Shown: positions 9,814 through 20,907, numbered from the stretch's first letter. The stretch is DNA of 64,000 bases from Clostridia bacterium (GCA_017621525.1 JAGASX010000011.1:47865-111864), one strand, 5' to 3'. Numbers and translations are program-made. Notes: generated from the sequence alone by a model not told the origin.

Positions 9814-10593
9814 TTATTCTTCCACTTCATTTGCATCTTTAAACTTTTTATTGCCTACCGCTGAATTAAAACCAATCATAACCGCCATAATCAAAGCCGT
9901 TGCAAGTGCGATTATATCAAGGCAGGCAAGCAAAAGCCCAATAATAATGCTCATTTGTGCGAATATGCAAACAAAAACAGTTACCACAGTTGCAACCGCA
10001 AGGCAAATTGCCCCACCAATGATATATTTGGTGTTTGCTTTTTTGTCGACAGGCGTTTTAACAACCTCGCCATCAACCTCCACAACTGCCTGCTCTACGC
10101 CCCGCCATCTATCCACACGGCTTGAATAACTTAAATTATAAGACTGAGCAAGAACAGCCGAAATTTCCTCTGAAAAATATATAACTGTTGGGTTGCCTGC
10201 GTAAAGTCTAACACCCAAAAACATTTTAAGAATACTTTGCCAAATCATAAAGAAAAATGCCTTAATCTTGCCCATTTTTCTTTCACAAGTTACAACATCT
10301 TTCCTTTGAGAGATAAACCTGTTAAATTCTTCCATTTTAATAGGTTTTCTCATTATCATAACAGAGCCTTGTTGAATGTATTTTTGAAGTGAATTTATAA
10401 TTTCCTCTATATTACTTCCTTTTTCATAAACATGGAAAGACATATTTTCTTGGGTGGCGAATTGAGAAAGGTTTTCTTTTTCATCTTCTGTTACACCCAA
10501 AAGCACCCTTACACTGCTTATGTTTGAAAGTTTTTCAAGAATTTTTACATAGTTTTTGCCATTTTTAGAGATTGGCACAATAACATTTACCAT
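9814..10593 (-). CDS. Hypothetical protein: cytoplasmic N-terminal domain plus C-terminal TM helices
   Basis: ATG with AGAGG RBS. The N-terminus is vaguely glycosyltransferase-like. No family assigned with confidence. Confidence 0.5.
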   Translation of the reverse strand: MVNVIVPISKNGKNYVKILEKLSNISSVRVLLGVTEDEKENLSQFATQENMSFHVYEKGSNIEEIINSLQKYIQQGSVMIMRKPIKMEEFNRFISQRKDVVTCERKMGKIKAFFFMIWQSILKMFLGVRLYAGNPTVIYFSEEISAVLAQSYNLSYSSRVDRWRGVEQAVVEVDGEVVKTPVDKKANTKYIIGGAICLAVATVVTVFVCIFAQMSIIIGLLLACLDIIALATALIMAVMIGFNSAVGNKKFKDANEVEE

Positions 10594-10603
10594 AATTTAC
10601 CTC

Positions 10604-11029
10604 TTATGAATATTTTTTCAATCTTCTGGCGTGTCTGCCACCTTCAAATTCAGTTGTCAAAAACACCTTGATGATTTTGATTGCCTTTCTTTTTGATGTG
10701 TATCTGCCAGACAAGCACAAAACATTTGCGTCATTATGGCGTCTTGCAAGGTTTGCAAAAATTTCATTATGACAAAGGGCCGCTCTGATTTTTGGGTTGC
10801 GATTGGCAACCATGCTCATGCCAACACCTGTACCGCAAATATAAATGCCAACATTTCTGTCATCTTCAAGCACTTTTGCATTACCTGCCTTTGCAAAATC
10901 TGGGTAATCATCAAGTTGCTCTCTTGAATAGCACCCAACGTCAATTGCAATAATGTTTTCACTGTTTAAAAATTTTTTAATTTCCTCTTTTAAAGGATAG
11001 CCTGCGTGGTCGCTTGCAAGAATTATCAT
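10604..11029 (-). CDS. rpiB: Ribose-5-phosphate isomerase B
   Basis: RpiB/LacA motifs (ASDHAG, ICGTGVGMSMVANR). Start set at ATG 11029 (GGAGG RBS, ATGA overlap with the upstream stop). Confidence 0.9.
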   Translation of the reverse strand: MIILASDHAGYPLKEEIKKFLNSENIIAIDVGCYSREQLDDYPDFAKAGNAKVLEDDRNVGIYICGTGVGMSMVANRNPKIRAALCHNEIFANLARRHNDANVLCLSGRYTSKRKAIKIIKVFLTTEFEGGRHARRLKKYS

Positions 11030-11454
11030 AAGTCCCTCCATTTTAATATTTTTTCAAGCAAAATTTCAATTGCCTGAATGATTTGGTTTGCTGTGGTTTG
11101 GTATAACTCAACATCGCCACCATATGGGTCGGAAACATCACTCCCTGTTAAGTCTTTTATTGACATTATGCAAGAAGTTTTTACCTGACTTTTGATGTTT
11201 TCTGTCATAACAATGTATAATGTTTTGTCATCTATTCTACCAAGTTTTACTGATTTTCTGTTTGCACCAGACGCCTTGTATTTTTTAAGAACGATTTTGG
11301 CGTTTTCTGCAATGTTTTCACCATTTGCTTTAAGTCCTTTGGAAGAAACCTTTATATCGGCTATTCCCCTTTCTTTTAAAGCCTTTTTCATAAGTCTTTC
11401 CGCCATAACCGAGCGACAAGTGTTGCCGGTGCACACGAAACAAATTTTCAGCAT
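11026..11454 (-). CDS. Low-molecular-weight phosphatase (YwlE-like protein arginine/tyrosine phosphatase)
   Basis: P-loop CTGNTCRS and a DP motif. Sits next to rpiB, as ywlE-ywlF do in Bacillus subtilis. Confidence 0.85.
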   Translation of the reverse strand: MLKICFVCTGNTCRSVMAERLMKKALKERGIADIKVSSKGLKANGENIAENAKIVLKKYKASGANRKSVKLGRIDDKTLYIVMTENIKSQVKTSCIMSIKDLTGSDVSDPYGGDVELYQTTANQIIQAIEILLEKILKWRDL

Positions 11455-11512
11455 ATTTCTCCTTTGGAAAAATGTGAAATTTCACAATTCTTTATTATTT
11501 TAGCACACCAAA

Positions 11513-11549
11513 CAAAAAAAACAAAACAAATATCACCCATTTGTTTTGT
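11513..11549 (-). terminator. Intrinsic terminator after rsfS
   Basis: Minus-sense stem ACAAAACAAAT / ATTTGTTTTGT followed by a T-run. Confidence 0.6.
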
Positions 11550-11557
11550 TTTTTGTT

Positions 11558-11875
11558 TTAATCTTTTAAGGATATTTTTTTAGATTGCCAAAGTTTGTCT
11601 ATGTTATATTTCTCTCTTGATTGAGGAATAAGCAGGTGCAAAACAAGACCGCCAAAATCAAAGACAATCCATTCGCCCTTATTAAAGCCTTCGGGTTGTT
11701 TTTCAAGTCCAATATCTTCCATAATATTAAGTGCAAGTTTTTTATTGTTTTGAACGTTGGATATTGTTGCCATAACAACAAAATCAAAGTTTTGTCCCTC
11801 TTTTGAAAGGTCGTAAATTGCAATATCTTTACACTTTCTTTCGCTTAAATACTGATAAATGCTTTTAAGTTCCAC
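11558..11875 (-). CDS. rsfS: Ribosome silencing factor RsfS (iojap family)
   Basis: Size and sequence (DIAIYDL..DFVVMATISN..WIVFDFGGLVLHL) match RsfS. Confidence 0.9.
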   Translation of the reverse strand: MELKSIYQYLSERKCKDIAIYDLSKEGQNFDFVVMATISNVQNNKKLALNIMEDIGLEKQPEGFNKGEWIVFDFGGLVLHLLIPQSREKYNIDKLWQSKKISLKD

Positions 11876-11971
11876 TCTTTCCCTCGATTGTTATTTTTTA
11901 ATAGTATAATCCAAATTTTGCGGTATGTCAAATGATTGTCTAATAAATTTTTATTTGGCAATAATTAAGAT

Positions 11972-12778
11972 ATGCAAAAAGTCTTATTTATTTTTCAATT
12001 TATTTTAAAAACCTCACTTATATTTGCAATTGCTTTTATTTGGCTGAGGTTTTACTTAAATTCCCTTTGGCTGGCAATTGGCATTTCAGTTGCAATAACA
12101 CTTGTTGTGCTCTGGATTTTGGGGGCAATTAACAAAAAAAGAGGCGTCAAAGCAAACTTAAAAATCAAAGAAAAGGAAGAGGCTGAAAATATGTTTCTTT
12201 CGCTTTTAACAGATGAAAGCCCCCTATCTTTTTTCTTAAATTTGGCAAAATCTCGGCATAAAAATTCAAAAATGATTGATGACATGATTTTAATTGAAGA
12301 AGAGGAAAACGAAAATACAATCCTTGTACCATTTATTCGGCTATCACCGCTTTCTCCTGACGATATAAACCAAATACTTAAAAAATGTTCATCTTTTTCT
12401 GCGAGTAAAATTGTGATTACCTGCAATGAGTATGACAAAGTATGCAATTCTTTTATAAAAAACTTCACCAAAGATATTGTGCTTATTGATAAGTTTGAAA
12501 CGTACGCACTGCTTTATAAAGAATATGACTTTTACCCAGAAATAACCCAACAATATAAAAAGCCCAAAAAACTTACCTTTAAGGATATCCTTGCATCTGC
12601 TTTTAATAGAAGCAAAACAAAAAGTTATCTTTTTTGTGCGATGGTTTTTCTTGTTTCAAGTTTATGGATTAAAATGAATGTTTATTACTGCATTATGTCA
12701 AGCCTGCTTTTGTTGTTTGCTTTAATATCCTTTATAAACCCCAAATATAACAAGAAAAAAGAGAGAAAGATATTATAA
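11972..12778 (+). CDS. Hypothetical membrane protein (two N-terminal and two C-terminal TM helices around a soluble domain)
   Basis: ORF only. No family recognised. Confidence 0.5.
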   Translation: MQKVLFIFQFILKTSLIFAIAFIWLRFYLNSLWLAIGISVAITLVVLWILGAINKKRGVKANLKIKEKEEAENMFLSLLTDESPLSFFLNLAKSRHKNSKMIDDMILIEEEENENTILVPFIRLSPLSPDDINQILKKCSSFSASKIVITCNEYDKVCNSFIKNFTKDIVLIDKFETYALLYKEYDFYPEITQQYKKPKKLTFKDILASAFNRSKTKSYLFCAMVFLVSSLWIKMNVYYCIMSSLLLLFALISFINPKYNKKKERKIL

Positions 12779-12818
12779 AAAAAAACTATTATGAAAAAAT
12801 AACATAATAGCCTTTATT

Positions 12819-13115
12819 TTAAACTAATTCAATATGCTTAAAGTCTTTTTTAGAACTTTTGCGATATACAAGCAAAATGCCCCCTATAACCTGAACAGGC
12901 TCTGCCGACATCTGCTGACAAATGATTTTCATAAGTTCTTTTGCTGAATAATCACAGTTGTTAAGAACGCGAATTTTTACAAGTTCTCTTGCCTCCAAAA
13001 GCCCATTTAGTGCTTGTTTAGAATTTTCACCAAACCCCTCTTTGCCAATTTGTATTACAGGGTCAAGAGCGTTGCCAAGCCCTCTTAAAAAGGCACGTTG
13101 CTTAGTTGTTATCAT
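12819..13115 (-). CDS. yhbY: YhbY-family RNA-binding protein (CRM domain)
   Basis: TTKQRAFLRGLGN..IQIGKEG..VKIRV pattern typical of YhbY/YqeI. Confidence 0.85.
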   Translation of the reverse strand: MITTKQRAFLRGLGNALDPVIQIGKEGFGENSKQALNGLLEARELVKIRVLNNCDYSAKELMKIICQQMSAEPVQVIGGILLVYRKSSKKDFKHIELV

Positions 13116-13126
13116 ACTTTCTCCTT

Positions 13127-14395
13127 TTAATCGGTATATTCAAATGTTATATCTTTTATTTTTACAATACTTCCATTTTTAAGACCGCGTTCTTTAAGCA
13201 TATCAATTATACCCATTTCTTGCAAAGTCTTTTGGAAGTATGCGAATGAACGAGTATCTGAAAGCACAACACCACGAATAAAATTATCTATTCTTCCCCC
13301 GCCAAGGACAAAAGCCCCCTCATCATCACGAGTGATTGATATGCTGTCAACATCTCTTTCATCAAAATCATATTTTTCAATTTCAATTGGTGGCTTTGCA
13401 GGAATTTTGCTTAACGCTTCAAGTGTTTTAAGTTTCACCTGTTCTACGCCTTTATAAGTTGCACCTGAAATTTCAAGATATTCTACGCCTATTTCTCTTT
13501 CAAAGCGTGCTTTTCTTTCCTTTAAAGTTTCCTCGTCAAGCAAATCCACTTTTGAAAGTAACACAATTTGTGGAGTTTGGGCAAGTTCTGGGCTGTATCT
13601 TTCAAGTTCTTCATTTATTATTTTGTAATCTTCTATAAAATCACGACAATCGCTTTGAGATATGTCTACAAGGTGCAGAATTAAGCGAACTCTTTCTACA
13701 TGACGAAGAAAGTAGTGCCCAAGCCCTTGTCCCTCACTGGCGCCTTCAATAAGACCCGGGATGTCTGCAACAACAAAGGTTTCCCCTTTAACTTCGCACA
13801 CACCAAGGTTTGGGTACAGGGTTGTGAAAGGATAGTTTGCGATTTTAGGGTTTGCGTTTGATATGCAAGACAAAAGTGTTGATTTGCCTGCATTTGGAAA
13901 ACCTACAAGCCCTACATCTGCAATGGTTTTAAGTTCCAAAATCACCTCTTTGGCTGTTGTGATTTGACCTGTTTGCGAATAATGAGGCGCTTGCTTAATT
14001 GATGATTTATAAAAAGCATTGCCATGTCCGCCTTTGCCACCTTTTAGAGCGACAAATTGCATACCGTCTTCATAAAGGTCTGCGATAACCTTTTGAGATT
14101 TTGCATCTAAAATAACTGTACCGCAAGGCACTTTTATTACAACATCTTTACCATTTGCACCGGCACGAAGTCTTTGTCCGCCGTTTTCACCATTTTCAGC
14201 ATAAAATTTTTTATGAAAACGGAAGTCATATAAGGTGCTTTGTCCGCGTGTGGCGACAAAAACAACATCTCCTCCATTTCCTCCCTCGCCACCGTCAGGC
14301 CCGCCATTTGCTGTTTGGGCAGTATGCAAAAAAGAGGTAGAGCCGTTTCCACCATTGCCTGCTTTTAACATTATTTTCACTCTGTCTAAAAACAT
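13127..14395 (-). CDS. obg: GTPase Obg
   Basis: Gly-rich Obg fold (GNGGNG, GGPDGGEGGNGGDV), G motifs GFPNAGKST and DIPGLIEGA, and a C-terminal TGS-like domain. Confidence 0.95.
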   Translation of the reverse strand: MFLDRVKIMLKAGNGGNGSTSFLHTAQTANGGPDGGEGGNGGDVVFVATRGQSTLYDFRFHKKFYAENGENGGQRLRAGANGKDVVIKVPCGTVILDAKSQKVIADLYEDGMQFVALKGGKGGHGNAFYKSSIKQAPHYSQTGQITTAKEVILELKTIADVGLVGFPNAGKSTLLSCISNANPKIANYPFTTLYPNLGVCEVKGETFVVADIPGLIEGASEGQGLGHYFLRHVERVRLILHLVDISQSDCRDFIEDYKIINEELERYSPELAQTPQIVLLSKVDLLDEETLKERKARFEREIGVEYLEISGATYKGVEQVKLKTLEALSKIPAKPPIEIEKYDFDERDVDSISITRDDEGAFVLGGGRIDNFIRGVVLSDTRSFAYFQKTLQEMGIIDMLKERGLKNGSIVKIKDITFEYTD

Positions 14396-14449
14396 ATCTT
14401 CTCCTCTTTTTGTATGTAGTCTTATATAATAGATACGAAATATCGTATT

Positions 14450-15064
14450 TTATCTTTTTTTATTACAAATAGTTTTAAATGGGCAGTTTTCACAATTTGG
14501 GTTTTTGGCTTTGCAAATATACCTGCCAAAAAGCAGCATTTGAAGATGCAATTTACCCCACGATGCCCTATCAAATTTTTGCATAAGTGCAAGTTCACAT
14601 TCATGTGGTTGTTTTGTTTTCACAAAGCCTAAACGGTTTGATACGCGAAGCACGTGAGTATCAACTGCGATAGCCTGTCCACCAAAAGCCTCGGCGTACA
14701 CCACATTTGCCGTTTTCCTGCCAACACCTGCAAGTTTTTGCAATTCTTCGGTTGAAGAGGGCACTTCCCCTTGATATTCTTCAACAAGTTGTCTGCTCAT
14801 AGCCAATATGTTTTTGGCTTTATTATGATAAAATCCACAAGAATGGATTTTATCTTCCAATTGTTGCTGTGTAAGTGATAGCATTTTGTGTGGTGTATTG
14901 TAACGCTTGAAAAGTTCTTTGGTTACAACATTCACCCTTTTGTCTGTACATTGCGCAGAAAGAATAACCGCCACCAAAAGTTCATATTCGCTTTTATAAT
15001 TCAGTTCACATTTTGGCGCTGGAAAAAGGTTGTCAAAATGCTGTTGAATTTCTTTAACATCCAT
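14450..15064 (-). CDS. nth: Endonuclease III
   Basis: HhH-GPD motif (LAGVGRKTANVV, VDTHVLRV) and the 4Fe-4S cluster loop C..C..C..C at the C-terminus. Confidence 0.92.
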   Translation of the reverse strand: MDVKEIQQHFDNLFPAPKCELNYKSEYELLVAVILSAQCTDKRVNVVTKELFKRYNTPHKMLSLTQQQLEDKIHSCGFYHNKAKNILAMSRQLVEEYQGEVPSSTEELQKLAGVGRKTANVVYAEAFGGQAIAVDTHVLRVSNRLGFVKTKQPHECELALMQKFDRASWGKLHLQMLLFGRYICKAKNPNCENCPFKTICNKKR

Positions 15065-15067
15065 ATT

Positions 15068-16534
15068 TTACTTCATTTGTGGGAACAACACTGTATCCCT
15101 GATATTTGGAAGGTCAAAGATAAATTGAACAAATCTATCTATACCAAAGCCAAGGCCTGAAATTGGAGGCATACCATGCTCCATAGAAAGCAAGAAGTCC
15201 TCATCTACGTCCATTGTTTCTTCATCACCAAGTGCTTTTTCTTCAAGTTGTTTTTCAAGAAGTTTTCTTTGTACAATTGGGTCTACAAGTTCTGAATAAG
15301 CCTTAACAAGTTCTGCACCACCCGCTACAACTTGGAATACATCAATAATTCTGCTGTCTGCATCATTTCTGCGTGCAAGTGGGATAAGTTCTGCTGGGTA
15401 GTTGTAAATAATTGTTGGGTTTACAATGCCTGCCCTTATTTGTCTTTTATAGATATAGTCAATAAGCGTTCTTACAGTTCTGCACTCTTCAAGTTCTCCA
15501 TAGCCATAAAGACCGCTTTCAACAACCTTTTTCTTAAATTCATCAACATCGGTTTCAGCCAAGAAGTCAAAACCCAAAAGTTCTCTCATTCTTTCAACGT
15601 AGTTAATTCTTGGCCACTCGCTGTCAAATTCTATTTCTTGACCTTGATATGTGATTTTGGTTGTGCCCAAGCACTCTTCCAAAAGTTGTTTGATAAGTCC
15701 GCGGAAGAACTTAATGTTGTCTTCAAAATTCCAGTAAGAAGCATACCATTCTACTTGTGTGAATTCTTGAAGGTGTGATGGGTCCATGCCCTCATTTCTA
15801 AAATCCTTGCCAAGTTCAAAAACTCTGTCAAAACCAGCACAAATGCACTGTTTAAGCCATGTTTCTGTTGCAATACGAAGGTTGCAATCAATATCAAGTG
15901 CGTTGTGGTGAGTAAAGAATGGTTTTGCACTTGCACCTGAAACGCTTGTTTGAAGAATTGGAGTTTCCACTTCAATAAATCCGTTATCTTCAAGGTATCT
16001 ACGCAAGAAAGATACTATTTTACTTCTTGTTAAAAACACCTTTCTTGAATTTTCATTTGAAATAAGGTCAAGGTAGCGTTGTCTGTAAATTGTTTCTGTG
16101 TCATTAAGACCATGGAATTTTTCTGGCAATGGTCTTAAAGTTTTTGAAAGAAGGGTTATTTTTTCTGCCTTAACAGTAACTTCACCTGTTTGAGTGAGGT
16201 ATACCTCGCCTTCCACGCCAACAAAGTCGGCAATATCTATCATCTTTTTATAAAAATCATAAGCCTGCTCATCAAGTTCATTTCTGCCAACAGATACTTG
16301 AATTTTTGCGTTGATGTCGCGAATTTGAATAAAGCCAAACTTGCCCATAACGCGTTTAAAAATAATTCTGCCTGCAACTTTTACCCTTTCGCCAACCTTT
16401 TCTCTCGCCTCGGCAATAGTGCAAGTTCTGTCAAATTTATCTTTAAAAGGAATTTCCCCCATTTCAATTAAATCTTCAATTTTCTTTCTTCTGATGTCTA
16501 CCTCATTTGAAAGTTGTTGTTTATTCTCTGTCAT
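15068..16534 (-). CDS. lysS: Lysine--tRNA ligase (class II)
   Basis: Full-length LysRS-like translation (FRNEGMD, GFGIDR). Confidence 0.96.
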   Translation of the reverse strand: MTENKQQLSNEVDIRRKKIEDLIEMGEIPFKDKFDRTCTIAEAREKVGERVKVAGRIIFKRVMGKFGFIQIRDINAKIQVSVGRNELDEQAYDFYKKMIDIADFVGVEGEVYLTQTGEVTVKAEKITLLSKTLRPLPEKFHGLNDTETIYRQRYLDLISNENSRKVFLTRSKIVSFLRRYLEDNGFIEVETPILQTSVSGASAKPFFTHHNALDIDCNLRIATETWLKQCICAGFDRVFELGKDFRNEGMDPSHLQEFTQVEWYASYWNFEDNIKFFRGLIKQLLEECLGTTKITYQGQEIEFDSEWPRINYVERMRELLGFDFLAETDVDEFKKKVVESGLYGYGELEECRTVRTLIDYIYKRQIRAGIVNPTIIYNYPAELIPLARRNDADSRIIDVFQVVAGGAELVKAYSELVDPIVQRKLLEKQLEEKALGDEETMDVDEDFLLSMEHGMPPISGLGFGIDRFVQFIFDLPNIRDTVLFPQMK

Positions 16535-16580
16535 TTGTTTTCTCCTTTAAAAGATAAGGTACCACAAAATCACATTTATG

Positions 16581-17135
16581 TCAATTATTTACCGCAGTTT
16601 TATACCGATTTTTATAATATCTGTAATTCTTTTCCACCTTATTGATATAATTTTTAGTTTCTTCAAATGGAATTTTGGCAAGGGTTATGCCGTCTGTGGA
16701 ATATTCCTTATTTTTAAGCCAATTCTTAACATTGCCCTGTCCGGCATTATAAGCACAAAGGGCAGTTTTTGCATCGCCAAAGTGATTAAGCAGATAAGAA
16801 ATGTAATATGTTGCTATTTTTATGTTGTACTTCCCATTATAAAGTAAATTTAGGCTGTAATCTTCACCAATTTTTGTAGCAACCCACTCCGCCGTTGTTG
16901 GCATAAGTTGCATAACACCAACAGCCCCTTTGTTTGACAGAGCATTTTCATCAAAACCACTTTCAACATTGGCAACAGATGCAACTATTGCAGGATTGAC
17001 GCCGTATTGTCCACCATAATAAACGATTTCATCTTTAAACTTCATTGGATAAAAATAGGCATAAAACGCCCCAATGCAATAAGAAAGAACTATTGAAACA
17101 ACCGACAAAATAATAACCGAATATATGGTTTTCAT
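16581..17135 (-). CDS. Lytic transglycosylase (SLT domain), membrane anchored
   Basis: N-terminal TM helix. SLT catalytic region ES..GAVGVMQLMP..AYNAG. Confidence 0.8.
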   Translation of the reverse strand: MKTIYSVIILSVVSIVLSYCIGAFYAYFYPMKFKDEIVYYGGQYGVNPAIVASVANVESGFDENALSNKGAVGVMQLMPTTAEWVATKIGEDYSLNLLYNGKYNIKIATYYISYLLNHFGDAKTALCAYNAGQGNVKNWLKNKEYSTDGITLAKIPFEETKNYINKVEKNYRYYKNRYKTAVNN

Positions 17136-17173
17136 AAAGTTATTTTATTTCAAAATTCAATAAAAATACTTTT

Positions 17174-17434
17174 CTATACAATCCTTTCAACTTTTATTCT
17201 CCCGGATGTTTGGGTTATACGATAAAACCCAGCAAATGCACGAAAAGGCTTTGAGGAAAGGCATTGTTTAACTTTAAACAGCAACCGTTCATCAAATCGT
17301 ACAGATATCCCACACGCCTGACCTGCCTCTTTGGGCGTGTTGATTATCCCCGTTTGGACACCCAAAGATTTAAGCATATTCGCCAAATACAATGTTTCAT
17401 TTCTTGACCTAAAAACCGCTATACAAAATGTCAT
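17174..17434 (-). CDS. DUF3343-like small protein (putative S/Se carrier partner)
   Basis: Size and pattern (VFRSRNETLYLANMLKSLGV..TPKEAGQACGISVRF). Divergent from a class V aminotransferase gene. Confidence 0.6.
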   Translation of the reverse strand: MTFCIAVFRSRNETLYLANMLKSLGVQTGIINTPKEAGQACGISVRFDERLLFKVKQCLSSKPFRAFAGFYRITQTSGRIKVERIV

Positions 17435-17501
17435 AATTCACCTCGTTTGCACAATTTGCCCCTCTTTACACTATATTGATTGTATAAAGGAAAGTTTACC
17501 A

Positions 17502-18656
17502 ATGATTTATTTTGATAACAGTGCATCAACTTTTGCTAAGCCCAAAGAAGTGGTTAAGGCGGTTACAGACAGTTTATTACACTACACCGCAAACCCCGGC
17601 AGAAGCGGACACAAGGCAAGTGTAAAAACAGCGATTAAAGTGGAAGAAACAAGGGAACTGCTTGCAAATCACTTTAATGCATCTTTGCCACAAAATGTGA
17701 TATTCACCCAAAATTGTTCTCATGCTTTAAACCTTGCCATTTTGGGCACAGCAAAAGCCGGTGGCCATGCAATTTGCACCGAAAATGAGCATAATTCTGT
17801 TTTACGTCCTTTGGAACACTTAAAAAATTTAGGCGTTATTGAATACTCTATCGCTTTTCAAAAAGACAGGCGATTTTTAACCATTGACGACATAAAACCT
17901 TTGGTTAAATCCAACACATACATTATCATCTGCAACCACATTTCAAATGTTAATGGAGCAACCGCAAAAATTGAAGAAATTGGAAAATTTTGCAAAGAAC
18001 ACAACATTCTATTTTTGGTAGATTGTGCGCAAAGTTGCGGGCATTTGCAAATAGACATGGAAAAATGTAATATCAATTTTTTAACCATTGCCGGCCACAA
18101 AGGATTTTATGCACCGCAAAGTATAGGTTCGCTTATTATAAACGGCCAAACCATGCCGGAGCCTGTATTTTTTGGAGGCACAGGCACCAATTCTTTGGAA
18201 CTTTTTCAACCAGACATCTTTCCAGAGCGTTTGGAAGTTGGAACGCTTGCAACTCCCCTTATTTTGGGGCTTGAAGAAGGCGTAAAATTTGTTGAAAATA
18301 ATTTTAAAGAGATTAACAATAAAATTGATGACCTTACAACATACCTTAATTACGAACTTACAAACATGGGGCATGGTGTAACAGTTTATACCGAGCCAGA
18401 AAACTGCTATGGAGTTGTAGCCTTTAATATTGGAAATATTTTCTCTGGTGAAATTGCAAATATTTTAAGTGAAAAATACGACATTTGTGTACGAGGCGGT
18501 TTTCATTGTGCACCAATCAAGCACAAAGCATTGGGCACATTAAACCAAGGTGCTGTGAGAATTTCTATTTCATACTTTAACACATTTACAGAAATAGAGC
18601 GAGTGCTTTATGCAATTAGGCACATTGCAAAGAGTTTTGAAAAGAGTAAAAAATGA
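17502..18656 (+). CDS. Class V aminotransferase / cysteine desulfurase family
   Basis: MIYFDNSAST start. PLP-lysine region (TIAGHKGF) and C-terminal GGFHCAP. The upstream part of ORF 17331.. overlaps the divergent gene and is rejected. Confidence 0.85.
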   Translation: MIYFDNSASTFAKPKEVVKAVTDSLLHYTANPGRSGHKASVKTAIKVEETRELLANHFNASLPQNVIFTQNCSHALNLAILGTAKAGGHAICTENEHNSVLRPLEHLKNLGVIEYSIAFQKDRRFLTIDDIKPLVKSNTYIIICNHISNVNGATAKIEEIGKFCKEHNILFLVDCAQSCGHLQIDMEKCNINFLTIAGHKGFYAPQSIGSLIINGQTMPEPVFFGGTGTNSLELFQPDIFPERLEVGTLATPLILGLEEGVKFVENNFKEINNKIDDLTTYLNYELTNMGHGVTVYTEPENCYGVVAFNIGNIFSGEIANILSEKYDICVRGGFHCAPIKHKALGTLNQGAVRISISYFNTFTEIERVLYAIRHIAKSFEKSKK

Positions 18657-18715
18657 CTATTATGCAATTGTTATAATTTCATTACATAATAGTCAAATTT
18701 CAGCACTATTCAATA

Positions 18716-20827
18716 TTATTTTTGTTCTTCTTTTTCTGTTTTTGGAACAATGCGTTTAAGGTCAATTCTGCCCTTTTCGTCAATTTTGATAACTTCCACT
18801 TCAACAGTGTCGCCAATTTTTACAACGTCCTCAACTTTCTCTACTCTTTTGTTTGAAAGTTTTGAAATGTGAATCATACCTTCTTTGTTTCCGCCAAATT
18901 CTACGAAAGCACCAAAGTTCATAATTCTTACAACTTTTCCGTCATAAACATCGCCAACTTCAACATCTTCTACAATGCCAAGAATGATTTTCTTTGCCTT
19001 TTCAGCCATTTCTGTATCTTGTGATGCGATGAATACAAGTCCGTTATCATCAATATCAATTTTAACGCCGGTTTCATCAATGATTTTGTTTATCATCTTT
19101 CCGCCAGAGCCAATTACGTCTTTAATCTTATCTGGGTTGATTGAGAATGAAATAATCTTTGGAGCATATTTTGAAAGTTCTTTGCGAGGCTCTGCAATTT
19201 CAGCAAGAAGTTTATTCATTATAAACATTCTGCCCTCTTTTGCCTGTTTAAGAGCGGTTGTAAGAATTTCTTTATCAATACCCTTAATTTTTATATCCAT
19301 TTGAATTGCAGTTACGCCCACTTCTGTGCCTGTAACTTTGAAGTCCATATCGCCAAGGAAGTCTTCAAGCCCTTGAATATCTGAAAGAACGGCAACTTTT
19401 TTAGAATTTTCATCTTTGATAAGCCCCATAGCAATACCAGCAACTGGGCGTTTGATTGGCACACCGCCATCCATAAGAGCAAGTGTAGAGCCACAAACTG
19501 ACGCCATTGAAGAAGAGCCGTTTGATGAAAGAATTTCAGAAACAAGTCTTAATGCATATGGGAATTCCTCTTCGCTTGGAATAACTGGCTCAAGTGCCCT
19601 CTCAGCAAGTGCACCGTGCCCAATTTCTCTTCTGCCCGGACTTTTAATTCCTCTTGCTTCGCCTGTTGCATATGCTGGCATATTGTAGTGGTGAACATAT
19701 CTGTTTACCTCTTCATCATCAATGCCTTCAAGTTTTTGCATATCTGAAACTGTACCCAAAGTAAGGGTTGTAAGTGCTTGTGTTTGACCTCTGGTGAATA
19801 TTGCACTGCCATGAGTTCTTGGAAGAACACCTGTTTCGCACCAAATTGGACGAATTTCTGTAAGAGTTCTGCCGTCTGGACGAACGCCTTTATCAAGGAT
19901 TTTAGCCCTTACCTTTTCTTTTGTCATTTTGTAAAGCACTTGTCCAATTGCCTTTTCACATTCTGGGAAAATTTCTGCAAAATGAGCCTTAACATCAGCA
20001 TCAACTGCATCTTGACGTGCAGACCTTTCTGCCCTATCAAATGTGTCAAGAGCATGGTCAAGCATATCGCTTGCATAAGCACGAACTGCCTCGTTGATTT
20101 CATCTGGAACAATGTCATAAACAAGGTTTTGAGCAACTGGCTTGCCGATTTCTTCTTTAACTTGCTTTTGGAACGCTACAATTTTTTTGATTTCTTCATG
20201 TGCAAACATGATTGCGTCAAGCATTGTTTCTTCTGGCACTTCTTTTGCACCCGCTTCAACCATTAAAACAGCCTCATCTGTACCAGATACGGTAAGGTGC
20301 ATAAGTGAATTTTCACGTTCCTCTGCATTTGGGTTGATAATGAATTTGCCATCAACAAGTCCAACTTGAACAGAGCCTGTTGGTCCCATAAATGGAATAT
20401 CTGAAATTGTAAGTGCAAAACTTGAACCAAGCATTGCAAGTGGCTCTGGTGCAACATCTGGGTCAACAGAAAGTGCTGTTGCAACTACGCAAACATCATG
20501 ATAAAACCCTTTTGGGAAAAGTGGGCGAAGTGGTCTGTCAATAAGGCGTGAAGTAAGAATAGCCTTATCTGATGGTCTGCCCTCTCTTTTCTTAAATCCA
20601 CCCGGAATTTTACCAACAGAATACATTTTTTCTTCAAAATCTACTGCAAGTGGGAAAAAGTCTATACCCGGTCTTGGTTCTTTTGACATGGTAACGTTTA
20701 CCATAACAACGGTTTCGCCACATTTTACAAGGCAAGAGCCGTTTGCTTGTTCGCAAAGTCTGCCCGTTTCAAATGTTACAGTTTTTCCGCCGATTTCAAT
20801 ACTATAAATTTTAGCGTCGTCTTTCAT
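18716..20827 (-). CDS. pnp: Polyribonucleotide nucleotidyltransferase (PNPase)
   Basis: Two RNase PH domains plus KH and S1 domains. Full length. Confidence 0.97.
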   Translation of the reverse strand: MKDDAKIYSIEIGGKTVTFETGRLCEQANGSCLVKCGETVVMVNVTMSKEPRPGIDFFPLAVDFEEKMYSVGKIPGGFKKREGRPSDKAILTSRLIDRPLRPLFPKGFYHDVCVVATALSVDPDVAPEPLAMLGSSFALTISDIPFMGPTGSVQVGLVDGKFIINPNAEERENSLMHLTVSGTDEAVLMVEAGAKEVPEETMLDAIMFAHEEIKKIVAFQKQVKEEIGKPVAQNLVYDIVPDEINEAVRAYASDMLDHALDTFDRAERSARQDAVDADVKAHFAEIFPECEKAIGQVLYKMTKEKVRAKILDKGVRPDGRTLTEIRPIWCETGVLPRTHGSAIFTRGQTQALTTLTLGTVSDMQKLEGIDDEEVNRYVHHYNMPAYATGEARGIKSPGRREIGHGALAERALEPVIPSEEEFPYALRLVSEILSSNGSSSMASVCGSTLALMDGGVPIKRPVAGIAMGLIKDENSKKVAVLSDIQGLEDFLGDMDFKVTGTEVGVTAIQMDIKIKGIDKEILTTALKQAKEGRMFIMNKLLAEIAEPRKELSKYAPKIISFSINPDKIKDVIGSGGKMINKIIDETGVKIDIDDNGLVFIASQDTEMAEKAKKIILGIVEDVEVGDVYDGKVVRIMNFGAFVEFGGNKEGMIHISKLSNKRVEKVEDVVKIGDTVEVEVIKIDEKGRIDLKRIVPKTEKEEQK

Positions 20828-20869
20828 TTTTCTCTCCTTAAAAATATTTCAATGCCGATTTTTTACTTT

Positions 20870-20898
20870 AAAAAAGGGGCAACAAAAAACTGCTCCCC
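20870..20898 (-). terminator. rpsO terminator / pnp leader hairpin
   Basis: Minus-sense GGGGAGCAG..GTTGCCCC imperfect stem followed by T6. Confidence 0.5.
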
Positions 20899-20907
20899 TC
20901 ATTTTAT

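Noticed and set aside
12786-12810. Shared palindrome arms CTATTATG/CATAATAG at two convergent gene ends (12786-12810 and 18655-18694) as a possible REP-like family
   Set aside because: Only two copies were found, the arms are short and AT-rich, and the loops differ. They are adequately explained as ordinary hairpins between convergent genes.
17331-17501. N-terminal extension of the cysteine desulfurase ORF
   Set aside because: The extension overlaps the divergent DUF3343-like gene and has no homology-like content. The conserved protein starts at MIYFDNSAST (ATG 17502), with an AAGGAAAG RBS.
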